From the NCBI RefSeq assembly GCF_009834535.1, contig NC_045707.1, positions 49,850,001-49,914,000 on the forward strand: a stretch of DNA of 64,000 bases. The letters are read 5' to 3'. Below the pieces are notes generated by a model. That model saw nothing but the letters and a program-made list of their open reading frames with translations, was not told where the DNA came from and searched no databases. Both the position numbers and the translations under genes were made by a program. The stretch comes from Camelus ferus (Eukaryota). Shown one piece after another: positions 12,500-25,572 of this stretch (the stretch's first letter is position 1; each line of letters opens with the position of its first letter).

Positions 12500-13020
12500 G
12501 CCTTATTAAAGCAGAATTGACATATAATACACTGCACGTATTTAAAGTGAAAAACTTGAGTTTTGATGTATGTATGCTGCAGTGAAACTCACCATAATCA
12601 CGTTCATGAACGCAACCATCTCCCTAAAAATTTCCTTGTGCCTTTCTGTAATCTTCTTCCCTCCCTTCTCTCCCATCTCCTTCCCTCAAGCAACCACTAA
12701 TCTGCTTCCTGTCATTATAAAGTAATTTGAACTTCCTAGAGTTTTAGGTACATAGAATCATAAGTTATGAGTTCTCTTTTTGTCCAGCTTTCATTCAGCA
12801 TAATTATTTGAAATTATTTTGCATAAATTTAATAGATCAATTCTTGTTATTGCTGATTAGTATTTCATTGCATGAATATACCACAGTCTGTTTATCCATT
12901 TGCCCATTGATGGACATCTTGGTGTCCAATAACATATAGTGTCTGTTCAGATCTTTTGTTCAGTTTTCATTAGGTTGTTTGTCTTATTATTAAATTGTAG
13001 TTTCTTTATATACTCTACAT
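12500..13020 (-). mobile_element. Old L1 (L1MB-like) 3' fragment
   Basis: Antisense L1 3' UTR motifs: gaattgacatataatacactgcac, caaccactaatctgc, cattcagcataattatttga, ccacagtctgtttatccatt...gatggacat. Confidence 0.8.
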
Positions 13021-14339
13021 AAAAAGTACTTTGGGAAGCGTTTGTGTTGGGGGTGAGGGGAAAGAATGATATATATCAATCTTTCAACAAAAACTTAGAG
13101 CAAGTAGGAGCACTGCAAGTAATATTGTAAAAACAGTTAGATACTAAAAAGAAAGGCCCCTGTTTCTCATTGCCTCTGAATGGAAAGTGGGGTAAGGGGA
13201 CTAAAAAGACTTGCTTTTTTTTTTTTTAAAGCCTTATGGATTTGTTTCTGCAGACAAACTGTTTACTTTTATAAGTTTGTCTGAACTAAAAATGAATGCA
13301 TATAGAGTAAGTTTGTGTGTATGCATAAGCCAGATACATCCCCTGTCATTCAGTTCTTGTGTCTGTGTGCAGTCTTGTCTGTGTACAACTTAGATGCAAT
13401 ATTCAGTAGTACTTTGGGTAAAAGAATCCATTTTTACAAAAGCAAAAGTGAGCAATGTGGACTTGATTAAAAACTTGTTTAGGGAAGACAGTCCTCTTAA
13501 GTCCATTTAAGGTCCTCAATTTCTCCTGCAAGTCTTCCTCCACTTTGCAAGTTCAAATTTTTCACTTCTTTACTACATAGAACAGTTGGTTGCCATCTTT
13601 GGTTTCTTGAGTTTCCCCTAGGATGTCCTTTGCTATCACACCACCACCACCACTACTCTACACATACACCCCAAGCAGCTCATAAGAATATATGAAGATT
13701 TTTTTTTCTCCAAAGAATTGCATGTAGCCCTGTCCCTCATAGTCTGGTATGTGATTTCTCCATTTCTTCATCTGGATCAGTATATACTCTTCTTAGTGTT
13801 AGATCAGTCCCATCAAATGTTGACTTGTGAGAGACTCTTTAATACAATATGTTAAGGAGTATCCTTTTGTAGGTGTGTCTTGACAATTTACTATATTTTC
13901 AAATTTCACCCCCTTCATTAATTTCCTGTCTTCCCTTTGAAGAACTTAATATTTGACAGAACTTCTTCCTTGTGCTCTTCCTTTGAAAGAAGAATCTCAG
14001 AGGGAGATAGCAGTCATCTCGTAAGAGATGCTGGACTTCAGAAGAGAAAAAAAAAATATGGTTCTTTTGTCAAGGTGCCATGAAAAATAGACCAGCTCTA
14101 AAACACACTAGTTATTTTGACTAGATAAAGAGATTTAGAAATATTGAGTAAAATGAACCTTGTGTAATTACTTTCTATCTGCCAGGTACTGTTAGCAGGC
14201 AATTTACAAATATTATCCTGTTTATATTAGTGGGTTCTGTGGAATTTAGGAGAGAGAGATTCTTTACTGGAAAATATGGAAAGAGTTATTAGTGGTTTTT
14301 AAAGAGGAATCCTAGAATACAGTGACTTACCTAACTTTT

Positions 14340-14740
14340 CTACCAATTTAAAATGTAGCAACACTGCTTGTATAAATTTTTGGAAAATACAGAACAGTGT
14401 AAAAATGAAACAGAATCACTACCTCTGAGAAATAGCTTTAACATTTTGATTTATTTTTGATCTTTAAAAAATTTGTATACCTGTTAACATGCTTGAGATA
14501 ATGTAGGTATAACTATGATTTTAAAAAGCTTTATATCATTTTCTCAAGTCATGAAATTTTTTTTCATTAGCATCATTTTAGTGTGTGTGATATTTCATCC
14601 CACGGCTCTTCCCTTGTTACTGGATGTTTGGGTTTTGAGGTTTTCTATTGTTAAATAATCCTCCAGTGAACATCTTTTTTTTGTAGATGTTTATCTTCAT
14701 TTGTGATTGTTTTCTTTGTAATTACTGAGTTTAAAGGATT
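14340..14740 (-). mobile_element. Highly degenerate L1M(E)-like fragment
   Basis: Typical antisense motifs: ttggaaaatacagaa and tggatgtttggg...ctattgttaaataat...gtgaacatctt. Confidence 0.5.
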
Positions 14741-17700
14741 TTGGTAGTTTGTTGTCTTTTGATTAAATTTTTCTGCCAGCCTCTTATGAAGCTGGTTACG
14801 TATTTGGGATTATTTGTCTTTTTCTGCTGTCTGTACATTTCATGCCACTCAGCTTCTAGCTCTCTGCTTTACTTCCTCAAATTCTCCATAGCCTTTTTAA
14901 AAATTCATAATTTGTTGTTGTTTACATGTTTGACACTTCCAAGAGATGTTCAGTTTGAGAGCAGGGACTGTTAATTACTCGCCTCTGGCACAGTACTTTT
15001 TACCTGTGATATTCCTAATGACTCTTGAATGAGCATCTTGTGTCCAGTCTTAAGCCTGAATCCACTGACATTGGACTCCTGTAAAATGCTTGTTTTGTCT
15101 CTCTTTAGAAACTGTAATATGCTTGTGGTGACTGTTTATCACAGGGCCCTGTTTCTTTTCTTTTTCCTTTTTTTTTTTTTTTTTTTTTTTTGAGGGTCAA
15201 GGGAGGATTTTTTTCCTTCTGGTTCTACAGCCCTGTTTCTTTTAACTTAAGCTGAATAATATGTTAGCTGAACCACACAACTGAAGATGAGAAATACTTT
15301 GTTATGACCATGCTATATAACTAACTCTTTTTGAGATAGTTCCACTATGCCTGCTTTTAACGGGTAAGATAGACTTTACTAAGTGGAGTAGGATACTAAG
15401 AAGCAGCCCAAGGAAGTGGATGTTACTTTTATTTCAAAATGCTGATGATATAGATGAATAGATAAATAGAAAAAGTCTTTCTAAAATACTTGTTACAGAT
15501 TAATAAGTCTTTTTTTTTTCCAGAGGAGAAAACTCTCCAAAAGTTTGACCTTAAGCATTTAAGTGCAAATATATGTTGAGTTAATCCAGGAAAGAGGTTC
15601 TGTGTTTGTATATGAAGTAGAATTTTAAAGTTTTAGGAAGGTGTCCTAGCAGGCTTTTCCTGTGACATTATATGTGAACTTTTTTTTTAATCCTCAGACT
15701 TTGGAAAATTTAAGATTTTGGATATAAAAGTTCCTTCAAAAGTTATTTATGTGATCGCTGTGCTAGGCAGTAACAACTGTGACCTGCCAAGAAGAGAGGC
15801 TGTTATGCAGGACTTTCAGTCCAACTCACTTGGTGTGTCCAGTGTTCCTCCTTGGTTTCCTTTTTTGTGCGGTGATTCATCAGGTGCTGTATGCTTCCAA
15901 GGAACCAGTGTTAAGTATATGCACATATGCACATGTCCCCTTCCTGGTCTTTGATCTCTTCCTGTAATGAATGGGGATATATCGTTTTCCAGCTATTCTT
16001 AGACAAGGAAGAAAGGCATTTTGGAGTCAGCTGTCAAACCTTCAAATCTCCATAGTTTTGCTACCATCCTGTCCTATTCTTAGAACTCTTGATAGTGATC
16101 TCTCTTTCTGTCACTTACTTTTGAAGGTTTTTTTTTTCAAGTTGTACTGAGCTCAGCTTGTATTCCACAGACAGCCAAGGTGGAGAGCCAGACTGTCAGT
16201 TCTGAGTTACATCATAATCTTGGACTTGTCCCTACCATGTCCTTTCTTGATGTGTATCTAAAGATTCCAGTTGAATGTTTCCCCTAGCTGAGGCTGTGTG
16301 GGTGAAGGTCTCTGTGCAAAAATGAGGGAAAACTCCTCCTTTTGAGGAGTTTCTTTGACTGTGCCCCTCCAGTATATTCTATACTAGGTAGCCCTATAAA
16401 GCAGATGCAACTGGGAGTTGAAAGGAAAAAATTTGGAATGGTTTTGGGGGTCTAGAGAGATTCTAGTTTAAAGCTGCAGTTGGACACAAAGAGATTAGAG
16501 TCATCAAACGTCAATAGATTGTAGTGGTGTTGAGGACCTTAAGATGGCAGCTGTAGAAGTGGGATGTGATGGTGGAGGGAGAATAGGACGGATTATGGGA
16601 TTGAATGTAATTTTTTTTGCATCCAGTTTGTTGATAGACATCAGCATATATGTATTTGAATATTCAGAGCAGGTGGTTTTTTTTTTTTCTATTTGTCAAG
16701 TACTGCCTCTTAATTGCTTAGAAAGTTAAAGATGTAAAAGCATAAAATGTGCCAAAATAACTATCATGACATTCCTCTAATGTTGAAGTCTGTGAATAAT
16801 AGTCTTCTTGTCATGGAATGCAACTTAGTGACCAGTGGCCATCTGAAATGCCTCTGAAAGGAAAGGAATGAAAGAGGAAGGAGACCAGAAGAATGGGGAG
16901 AGGTATGGGATAATTTCTTTCCTAGCCTGAAGGGTATTATTTGTCTAGCTTCCTGAACCATGTAAAACATGTAGAGAACCAGGAAATTGGCAGACGGGCC
17001 CTCTTAGAAGCCAGGAGTCCAAGCATCAAATCTCTCAGTGCCTCACTCCACTTTCAGTGTTTACTTGGTGTGTTTACTAGTATTTTAAATACACTTTTAT
17101 AGCATTTTGATCATTGGTTTCCCAGGTCACTGCAGATGAGAACAAATGTGGAGAAACTGGAAAGGTTGTTCAGAAGCAAGCACAAAAAGTACCAAAAAAA
17201 AAAAATTGAAAATTGGTATCTCGATAGTGAAAAAGGTTTTTAAAATTAAAAATAGGAATTCACAAAATTTAATAGTCAAGGAAAATTTGGTTCAAAAACA
17301 GTAACTCTGTGCTGCTATCCTCATCTGGACTAGCTGTCTTTTAGGACTCATGATGGAACTCCTTCATGAAGGACTGCCAAGCTCTCCAGAAAATGAAATG
17401 CTTCTCTCTAGGCGCTTACTGAATTCTCATGTGTCCATTAGGCTCTGAACCCCCTGTATGACCCCATCTCTGCCGTCACAGTGATGACCTGCAGGCACAT
17501 CAGGAGTTCTTACTGTGTTACAGATATGCTGGCCTGCTTGTTAATCTGGGACATACTTTGTACATCGTACTTTGCCCTAGTTCCTCATATTACAAAATAC
17601 TACCTTTTCTTCAAGACACACACTCTTAAATTCCCCACCTTCCCCATGCAAGTGTTGCCATTGCTTTGTATTAAGTCAGTGTTTCCTTGATTCTGAAACA

Positions 17701-20530
17701 CCCATTAGGAAATAAATTACTGATTTAATAATAGTTGTGGGGAGTAAAAGGGAAAATTACATATGCATACAGAAATACTTTTACTAACAGAAGCATATTA
17801 TAGTGATATTCTGCTTTCTTCAATATAAAAAACTGAGTCAAAGTGTTTTCTGAGTCTTAAGTCATCTGAATCATTTTGGCCATTGATTAAGAATCACAAC
17901 ATGGTAATATGTTGGTTTTTATAACCTATGTTCTGTGATCTTGACCTCCTTAACATCCTTGACCTCCTCACCTTGACAGTTGACCTGTAATTTTGAAACT
18001 TAGTAAGTATATAGGTTTTGTTGGCATTTCCTGTTGGTTTAAAACTGAAGTTTTTTTTTAATTCTTTTTGTATGTTTTCATTTTTTTGTCCTTAATGTAA
18101 TAGTAACTCTGAGTGCTAATACATAAAAAGGAAACACTGCCCTTCCTTAGTTTGATAATTCTGTGATTTTTCTGAGAGGTAGCAAATTCTGTTCCCTTTA
18201 ATTACTTTGCTTGGTATGTGACAGGCAATCTATATAACTCGTTTTTGGTTTCACTGTTACTTCTTTAATTATAAACTTCTGAAAGCTGTTTTACGTAAAA
18301 ATTGGGGAATTCAGATTCCTGTCAACTCAACAAGGGTGGAATTTCCTAATTTTATGGGCTAAAAATGCTGGGAAGTGAAAAGAATGATTTCTGAAATATA
18401 TTTAATCCAGGGAAATATGGTACTTCTAAAATATTATTTGTTATCTTATATTTATCTGTCATTTTACTGTTAGATAAACAGAGTTCTTTAAGAGTGGAGT
18501 CTAGATTGGGATGGTTTATATCCCCTGGAACTAGCATAATACCTGGCACACTGTAGGTCTTAAAAAAAAATTCAAAAGTTAAAAAAAAGAGTAGTAATCC
18601 TCGGTGATTACTTGCTGGTTTAATTATGTTTGACTCTTTCAAATTGTCCAAGATAATTTTGCAGTATGTTTTTGGAAGATTTTTGTATAAAATATTTAAA
18701 ATAAAATATTTTCTTTATAAGGATAAAATTCATCTCATGGCAAAGCGAATAAATAGCTCACAAGCCAATTCTGCCTTTAAGTAAGTACTTTTGACATGAA
18801 GACTGAGTATTACACTAGTGAACAGTCACAGGCTTCAGACCACTGCTTTAGTAAAGAAAATGGATTTGGCTTACTGGCCTTAATATTTGAGGTCATGAGG
18901 ATAAAGATCCTCTTTGGTAGTCAGAAGAGGATTGATTGTGTCAGAACGTGTTGCATGTAACAGTTGGTATCATGCTTTCTGTCTAGCAGCCCTCCAGAAA
19001 AGATAATGGCCTCTATCTGGAGGTAGAGAAATGAGTCAGTTCACCTGCCCAGATGCTCAGTGGCAGAGAAGGCCTGGGGGCCCAGCCCTCTAACTCCCTT
19101 GTCTGCTGCTCTTTCTGCTGTACAGTGTTGAGCCTCTGGCATGCTACCAGATGTTTAAAGTAATGTCAAGGGCCAGTTTTTTTTGTTTGTTTTTTTGTAG
19201 GATTAAAATGCTCTTGGATGATTTTTTAAATGCTTACCTGTTTACCTAAGGCTTGATGAAAAAAAAATGTGCAGGAGACTAGAGATTTGGCTTAATCTGA
19301 TTGACTCTAAATATTGATTATAGAAGTCCAAATTTAAATCTGCTTCTGCTTAGATTCTGGGAAGATTGTGCCACACATTTATAGTGACACTGAAGACTTG
19401 ATACTATCTTGATCTTAAAAGGAGAATTTATACAACCAGAGATATTAGGAGGAAATAGTAATTGTTGATGAAGTGTGATGTCTGATGATATCTGGGGGGA
19501 AAAAGTTAAGGTCTGTAGTAGAAACACAACATTGGAGATTCAAGAAAGCATTCCTGTCAACATTAATAAGTGATAAATAATAAATGGTAAAACACATGTT
19601 TATTAATTTTTAAAAAGCATAATTCTGTTGAATCCTTTCCACAAGATTGAACAATTCATTTGGGCTTAGGATGTTGACATTCTGAATTGAGTGAGGAGAT
19701 TTTGTGTTAAGAAATACCGCCTTTCATAAACACTTGCCTCTGATATACAACAGGTTCTATGATAGTTTTTTTTTTACACCAGTGTCCCTATAACTGTGTG
19801 TGAGCCATCCACTTATTAATGAAACTTGTGTGCAAAATTATTTTTGATTATGTATCTTCCAAAAATTGAAGATTTGCTAACATTGAGGATATTTTCTTTC
19901 AAAGTGCCTCACACTCAAGGAAGTTTCAAAATAGGAGTGCTTGAAATGTTTTCAGCAATGACAGCCTTATTAGGATGAGCTAAGGTAATTTATACTTAGT
20001 ATAAAAATGGGCATTTTAGGCTATGTATTTCTGATACATATTTTGACATATCAGTTATTACTTTATAGTCATACTGCATAGTTGTAGTCAGGAGCACCCA
20101 GGACAGAGACTAGATTTGTTAGATGCTTACTAAATGTTTACTAGGAATAATCCAACTATCCAGAAAGTTCCTAACTGGAATTTCTATACATTTTATGTTT
20201 AAACTATGAGTCAAGCAGCTGATAAGAATTTAATTCAAAAAGTGAGTTCTAGGTTTATGATGGGATCAGTGCAAATTCAGTGCAGACCATTATAGCTTCT
20301 GTATTTATACTATTCTAGAATGACATTTAGAATTTAGAAAACACTTGCTAAACTTTGTATATGAACACTGTGTACTATGTGTGTGGTGTAAGGTAGGAGA
20401 TGAAGGTGAGGATACAAAAGAAGTGTCTCCCTGATTGGTTATGATGTATTGGGTAAAAAAGATGAATATATGTATTTATATAGCAAACTAAAGAACAGGT
20501 GTGGATTAAGAAGCTATATTGATGGTTTAT

Positions 20531-21044
20531 ATAAAATGTGTGTGTATATATACACAGTGGAATATTATTCAGCCATAAAAAGAAGGAAATCTTGCCATTT
20601 GTTACAGCATGGTTGAACCTTGAGGGCAGTATGCTAAATGAAATGTTAGATGTAGGAAGATAGATACTGTATTATCTCACTTATATGTGGAATTTGAAAA
20701 ACAAACGAACAGATACAGATTGGTTTGTGGAGGTTTGGGGCAGGTGGTGCAAATGAGTTGGGTTGGTCAAAAGGTACACACTTCTAGTTATAAAATAAGT
20801 AAGCCCTGAAAATGTAATATACAGCGCAGTGACTATAGTTAATAATACTGTATTGTATAGTTGAAAGTTGCTAAGAGAGTAGATCTTTAAAAGTTCTTAC
20901 CACGAGAAAAAAATTGTAACTGTGTATAGTGATGAATGTTAAGCAGACTTGTAATCATTTTGCAATATAAACAAATATTGAATAATTGTATCTTACCTGA
21001 AACTAATATAATGTTATATGTCAGTTATATCTCAATTGAAAAAA
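20531..21044 (+). mobile_element. L1 (L1MA-like) 3' end; duplicate at ~32028-32541
   Basis: acagtggaatattattcagccataaaaagaaggaaatcttgccatttg...gtgactatagttaataatactgtattgt...ttatatctcaattgaaaaaa. Confidence 0.9.
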
Positions 21045-21368
21045 CATACTGAATATGGGCCATGTGAAATAAGGCAGCCTCTGAGCTGTAGATTGGGAAT
21101 TTGGTGTTTTTAAGTTTTGTCTTAGAAACATGAAGGTTATTTATTCTATTAGTCTGCAGCCAGGAAGGCATGTCATATGGCTGACAGAGGCTATTTGACA
21201 ATTCGTTTCCAATGTTTTGTACGTGTGGTAAGTTGGGAGACCAGAGTGAGGTGAAGCTTAGCTATTGAAAGACCTAATTTCCTTCTGAATCAAAGAAAAA
21301 TGATTACATTTAGTGTTTAAACTACTTTTTAAAATTTGTTTGGAAACCGCTAATATTAAATCGGTTTT

Positions 21369-21567
21369 AGAGTTGCCAGGTTTAGCAAGTAAAAATACAG
21401 GACACCCAGTTAAATTTAATTTCAGATGAGTTAATTTTTTAGTATAAATGTATCCCACACATTGGACGGACATACTAAAATACTAAATACTAAAATACTA
21501 AAAAAGTATTTACTGATTGTCTGAATTTAGATTTAACTGGATGTTCTATATTTCACTCGACAATCCT
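21369..21567. mobile_element. MER53 palindromic DNA-transposon MITE; duplicate at 32866-33064
   Basis: agagttgccaggtttagcaagtaaaaatacaggacacccagttaaattt...atttaactggatgttctatattt...caatcct matches the recalled MER53 consensus with inverted arms. Confidence 0.9.
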
Positions 21568-21980
21568 GTTAGGGTCTGACAAGACAGGCAGTAGCATTGT
21601 GAATCTTTCCTCTAAGTTGGAAAACAGGAAGTTGAAATATGGACCATACGTAGGTTTTTAAAAGGATGCCAGTATTGAAAACAAAATTTGAAGAGCATCT
21701 GTTTATTGCCGGTCAGAGTAGACAGGAGGTTTTTAGACTCTGGGTGAAACAACTGAAGTCAATACAGTGAACCAAGGCTCTGAACCATTAAAGTGAACTT
21801 GATATTGACTCTACATTGTAGCTCAACTTCAGGCTTCTTATGTTTTTTGTTTGTTTGTTTGTTTTCTGGTAGAGACTATAAGCAAAATGTAAGAGTAGCC
21901 CTAAATCCATGTAAGGGAGCACTGATGTTTTTGCACTTGGACTGGGAGAGCTAATAAGGGGCAGCATTTTGAGGGCAAAG

Positions 21981-22130
21981 AATTTTAGAGCTCAAAAAGA
22001 TGTTGGAGAACTTGGTCCAGTCCTCTTTTTTTAGATGAGAAAACTGAGACCTGGGGACCCCACAGCTTGCCCAAGATTGTACAGTGAGGATGAAAACCCA
22101 GATACGGCTCGCATTTTAGTGCCCATTCCA
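21981..22130. mobile_element. MIR SINE fragment
   Basis: ttttagatgagaaaactgagacc...cttgcccaagattgtacag is the MIR core. Confidence 0.75.
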
Positions 22131-22848
22131 CTGTTCAGTGGGTGGCTTTCCTAAACTCTGACAGAAATAGTACCCATTCAGAAAACTATTTGAGTGCCAG
22201 CTTTATGTGTGTTCATTGTAATTCAAGGTACTCTGCTAGGTGCTGGAATGATATTGGTTAAAGCAGGTAGTCTCTGTCCTGTTAAAATGAAAATTTGTTG
22301 TCTTCTATTTATTTATTGTAGGCACTTGATGCTAAATGAACACTATTTAGGGAAAAATGGTTTCATTAACATGTGTAAACCAGTGGTAGAACTCTGACGC
22401 CTGATCCCTGTAGCTCACCCCTCTGTTCTGCAGTTTGTAACAATTGTGCCAAAACTCTTGCGAGTCTCCGAGTATCTTATGATTTAAAACCTCTGCTCAA
22501 CTGATAAGTGTTAACTGTTCTTTTATAATTCAGTCAGTTACCCTAAATAATCAAGAGTAATATCGATGAGACCTCAGTGGTTATATGAAAGAAAGTGCTC
22601 TAAATCCGTCCCCTGGTACACTGAACAGACAAATTTGGAATGTGTTTTTAAATGGATCTCATTTATAAACTTGCCTCTTTAAATTGGAGCAAAAATGTTC
22701 TAATCAATAACCATTCGGGTTACATTCTAGTTAATTAAGAGTTTTATACATTTTTAAAAGATGTTCTGTATGGTAGTATCTTTATGGGAAAATAATGCTG
22801 TCAGTATTATTTAAATGAGAAAGAGACTAGGTGGTTAGATTGGCCACG

Positions 22849-23064
22849 TTTTTTTTAATGGAAAGTTCAGTCAGTTACAGTGTGTCTATATCTGGTGTAC
22901 AGCACAATATCCCAGTCATGCATATATATACATATATTCACTTTCATATTTTTTCCATTAAAGGTTATTACAAGATATTGAACATAGTTTCCTTGTGCTA
23001 TACAAAATAAACTTATTTTTTTAATCTATTTTATATATAGTGGCTAACATGTGTAAATATCAAA
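22849..23064 (-). mobile_element. Young 5'-truncated L1 3' end with TSD; duplicate at ~34348-34565
   Basis: Poly-T followed by cagtcagttacagtgtgtc...tctggtgtacagcacaatatcccagtcatgc, flanked by attggccac at 22839-22847 and 23065-23073. Confidence 0.88.
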
Positions 23065-23716
23065 ATTGGCCACTTTCTTGACCTTACTCACTAGTGAGTT
23101 GAAAGAAATGAATCATTTGTATTTCTAGAAAATGTAAGTAGCCGCATAAGGATATTATGTTAAATTAATTAGGATATGTGGTAGAGACAGGATCATATTT
23201 TATTTGGCTTAATACCCAGCTGTTTTTTCTTAGTATGTATGTGGCCACTGTGGTGGCACTTACTGTCAGTTTAGCTAAGGTAAACTTTGCTACATGTGTC
23301 TGTGCGCACACACAAACACACACGCACACACACGCAGATACCCCACTTGGAATGTGAAACTCTTCCAATCATGTAGTGTCATGTTGCTATTGAACATAAA
23401 TATGCTGTGCACTGATGTAGGCATAGTGATGCCTGGGGAAATGGCCTGTGCCTGGAGGGTGTCTTGGGCTGGTTAGGTTGTTTATGAATATGTTTGCTTG
23501 ATTCAAAATTCATTTGTTACTTGTTAGTATTTCTTAATGAAGAGTGTACTCAATGTAACATATTTCTGCTGAAGTTTCCTTTTGGATTTTTTAGGAGGTT
23601 TTGTGGTATGCTCCATATCACATTCTATGTAAACTGGATAAAGGGGGAAATACAGTTGTGATTTAAAAACACTTAGCTATGAACCAAAATAAAAGTGAGT
23701 GTGCTCAAAAGCCTAT

Positions 23717-23890
23717 CAGAGAACTATATTCAATATTTGGTAATGACCTTTAATGAAAAAGAATATGAAAATGAATATATGTATATGCATGACTGGGGAC
23801 ATTGTGCTGTACATCAGAAATTGACACACTGTAACTGACTGTACTTCAATACAAAATAAATAAATTAATTAAAACTCTTAAAAAAAAAAA
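23717..23890 (+). mobile_element. Young 5'-truncated L1 3' end with poly-A and TSD; duplicate at ~35218-35390
   Basis: Same family as 22849-23064 in the opposite orientation (gcatgactggggacattgtgctgtacatcaga...acacactgtaactgactg). TSD aaaagcctat at 23707-23716 and 23888-23897. Confidence 0.9.
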
Positions 23891-24291
23891 AGCCTATTAG
23901 CTATCTGGCATTCTTGTAGTAAGGGAGAGTAGGGGACAAGAATTGGAGAAAGGGGTCTAGTCTTTGCTTAGACAGGGTAAAGAGTAGACCAAAGTCAAAG
24001 TAGGATGGATTGTAGATACTGGAAGCAGCACCATTTTGTACTTGAAAATAGACTTCTGACAGGTTAAGCTGCAAATGCTTCTGGTTTATCTTCTTAGGGA
24101 AGTAGGGTATAAGATAACCCTTCCTTTATCATCTAAAAAGAGTGAAAGAGTGACTTGAAGAACGAGTTTTACAAATGCCCAAGGAATTTCAGACAGTTTT
24201 CTTTAACAATGGTCAGCATTTTCAGGTCATACCTAAAGAAAAAAAAAAGCATCAAAATTAAGTATTGCTTGAGGTAAACAGGTAAAAAAAG

Positions 24292-24662
24292 GTCTTAGTC
24301 TCTGAGGGCCACCATAAACAAGATAACCACAGACTGGGTGGTTTAAATAAGAGAAATTAATTTTCTCATAGTTGCTTGATGCTGACGTGTCACAGGTCAA
24401 GACTGGCAGGACGAATTTTTCTCCTTAGGCCTCTCTTCTTGGCTTGTAGATGGCTACCTGTGTCCGTATCTGGCCTTTCTCTTGTGCACCTGCCGGACGT
24501 GTCTCTTCCTCTTATGAAGGACACTGATTCTATTGGATTGAGCCCCCACCTTCCTGACCTCGTTTAACCCATTTACCTCTTTAAAAGCCCTATCTCCATG
24601 ACAGTCACCTTCGAGTTAGAATTTACACAAAGAATTTTGAGGAGACACATTCAGTCCTAACA
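24292..24662 (-). mobile_element. MLT1 (ERVL-MaLR) solo LTR; duplicate at ~35795-36169
   Basis: gtcttagtc...accacagactgggtggtttaaa...ctctcttcttggcttgtagatggc...aaagccctatctcc...cacattcagtcctaaca. Confidence 0.85.
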
Positions 24663-24708
24663 GGGAAGCGAAGAAATTCACTCTGAAGTGTAATTTTAGT
24701 CAACTAGA

Positions 24709-24888
24709 CATGGTCTGAAATTTTAGCATACGTGAGAATCACCTAGAGGGCTTGTTAAAACTCCTTGCTGGGTCCCTCCACAGAGTTCTGATTCAGTAGT
24801 TCTGGAGTGGTTGGGAGGATTTGCATTTCTAGCAAGTTCCAAAATATGCGCTGTTGCTGCTCTGTAGACCATGCTTTGAGAATCACTG
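24709..24888. mobile_element. MER5A MITE; duplicate at ~36218-36399
   Basis: agaatcacctagagggcttgttaaaa...ttctgattcagtag...atttgcatttctagcaagttcc...ctttgagaatcactg. Confidence 0.88.
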
Positions 24889-25425
24889 ATTTTATAGTTC
24901 CCATTTGGAGGAGGGAAGTTGCTGAAAGATGCCTCTAAAGTACAGGAATTTTCTCCTTGGGGATGGGAGTGATGAGATGGGACTGCAGTGGGACCATAGA
25001 AGACATAGTAGAAATGTTGAGAATACTGGTTCTGCTCACTGGCCATCATGTTTACTCTCAGTAAGTTGAAGAGACATTTGATTGGATGTTGAAAAAGCAG
25101 GCACTTCTGTTGTCTGTTATGGGTGGGAAATTGACTCTAAGACTTGGTTATTAAGGAATTTAATTCCCAGGATCTTCATCACATCCTTCAATCTTGCTGA
25201 AATGTCCCCCTCTTGGTGAAGCATTCCCTGACCATCCTATTAAATTGCATCTGTGACTTTAAAGACTTATCCCAAGAACAGAGGGCCAAGGCAGGTGCTG
25301 TAGTGAAAAATACAAATTAGATAGAGTAGTGCCTGAAGCTTAGAATTAATGTTTACTTAGTTTAAACAGACTTTTGGTTGAAGTGTAGGCAGTGAGTAAA
25401 ATTGGTTGTACTCCAAAAGTTCATT

Positions 25426-25572
25426 TTGAAACAAATTTTCTCATAGAAATAGAACTATAACAGTTGGTCAACAAAATCCAAAATGCAGGTAAGTCAGAAC
25501 TTGAAACAAATTTTCTCTTAGAAATAGAACTATAAACAATTGGTCAACAAAATCCAAAAACGAAGGTAAGTC
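25426..25572 (+). repeat. Two-unit ~75 bp tandem duplication; duplicate at 36944-37091
   Basis: ttgaaacaaattttctc(a/t)tagaaatagaactataa...ttggtcaacaaaatccaaaa...aggtaagtc starts at both 25426 and 25501. Confidence 0.95.

Noticed and set aside
16330..16352. Perfect 9-bp hairpin aaactcctc-ctttt-gaggagttt resembling an intrinsic terminator
   Set aside because: The context is a mammalian intron, and such stems arise by chance over 64 kb.
25426..25572. CRISPR-like repeat array
   Set aside because: Only two adjacent units with no spacers, no cas genes, and eukaryotic DNA.
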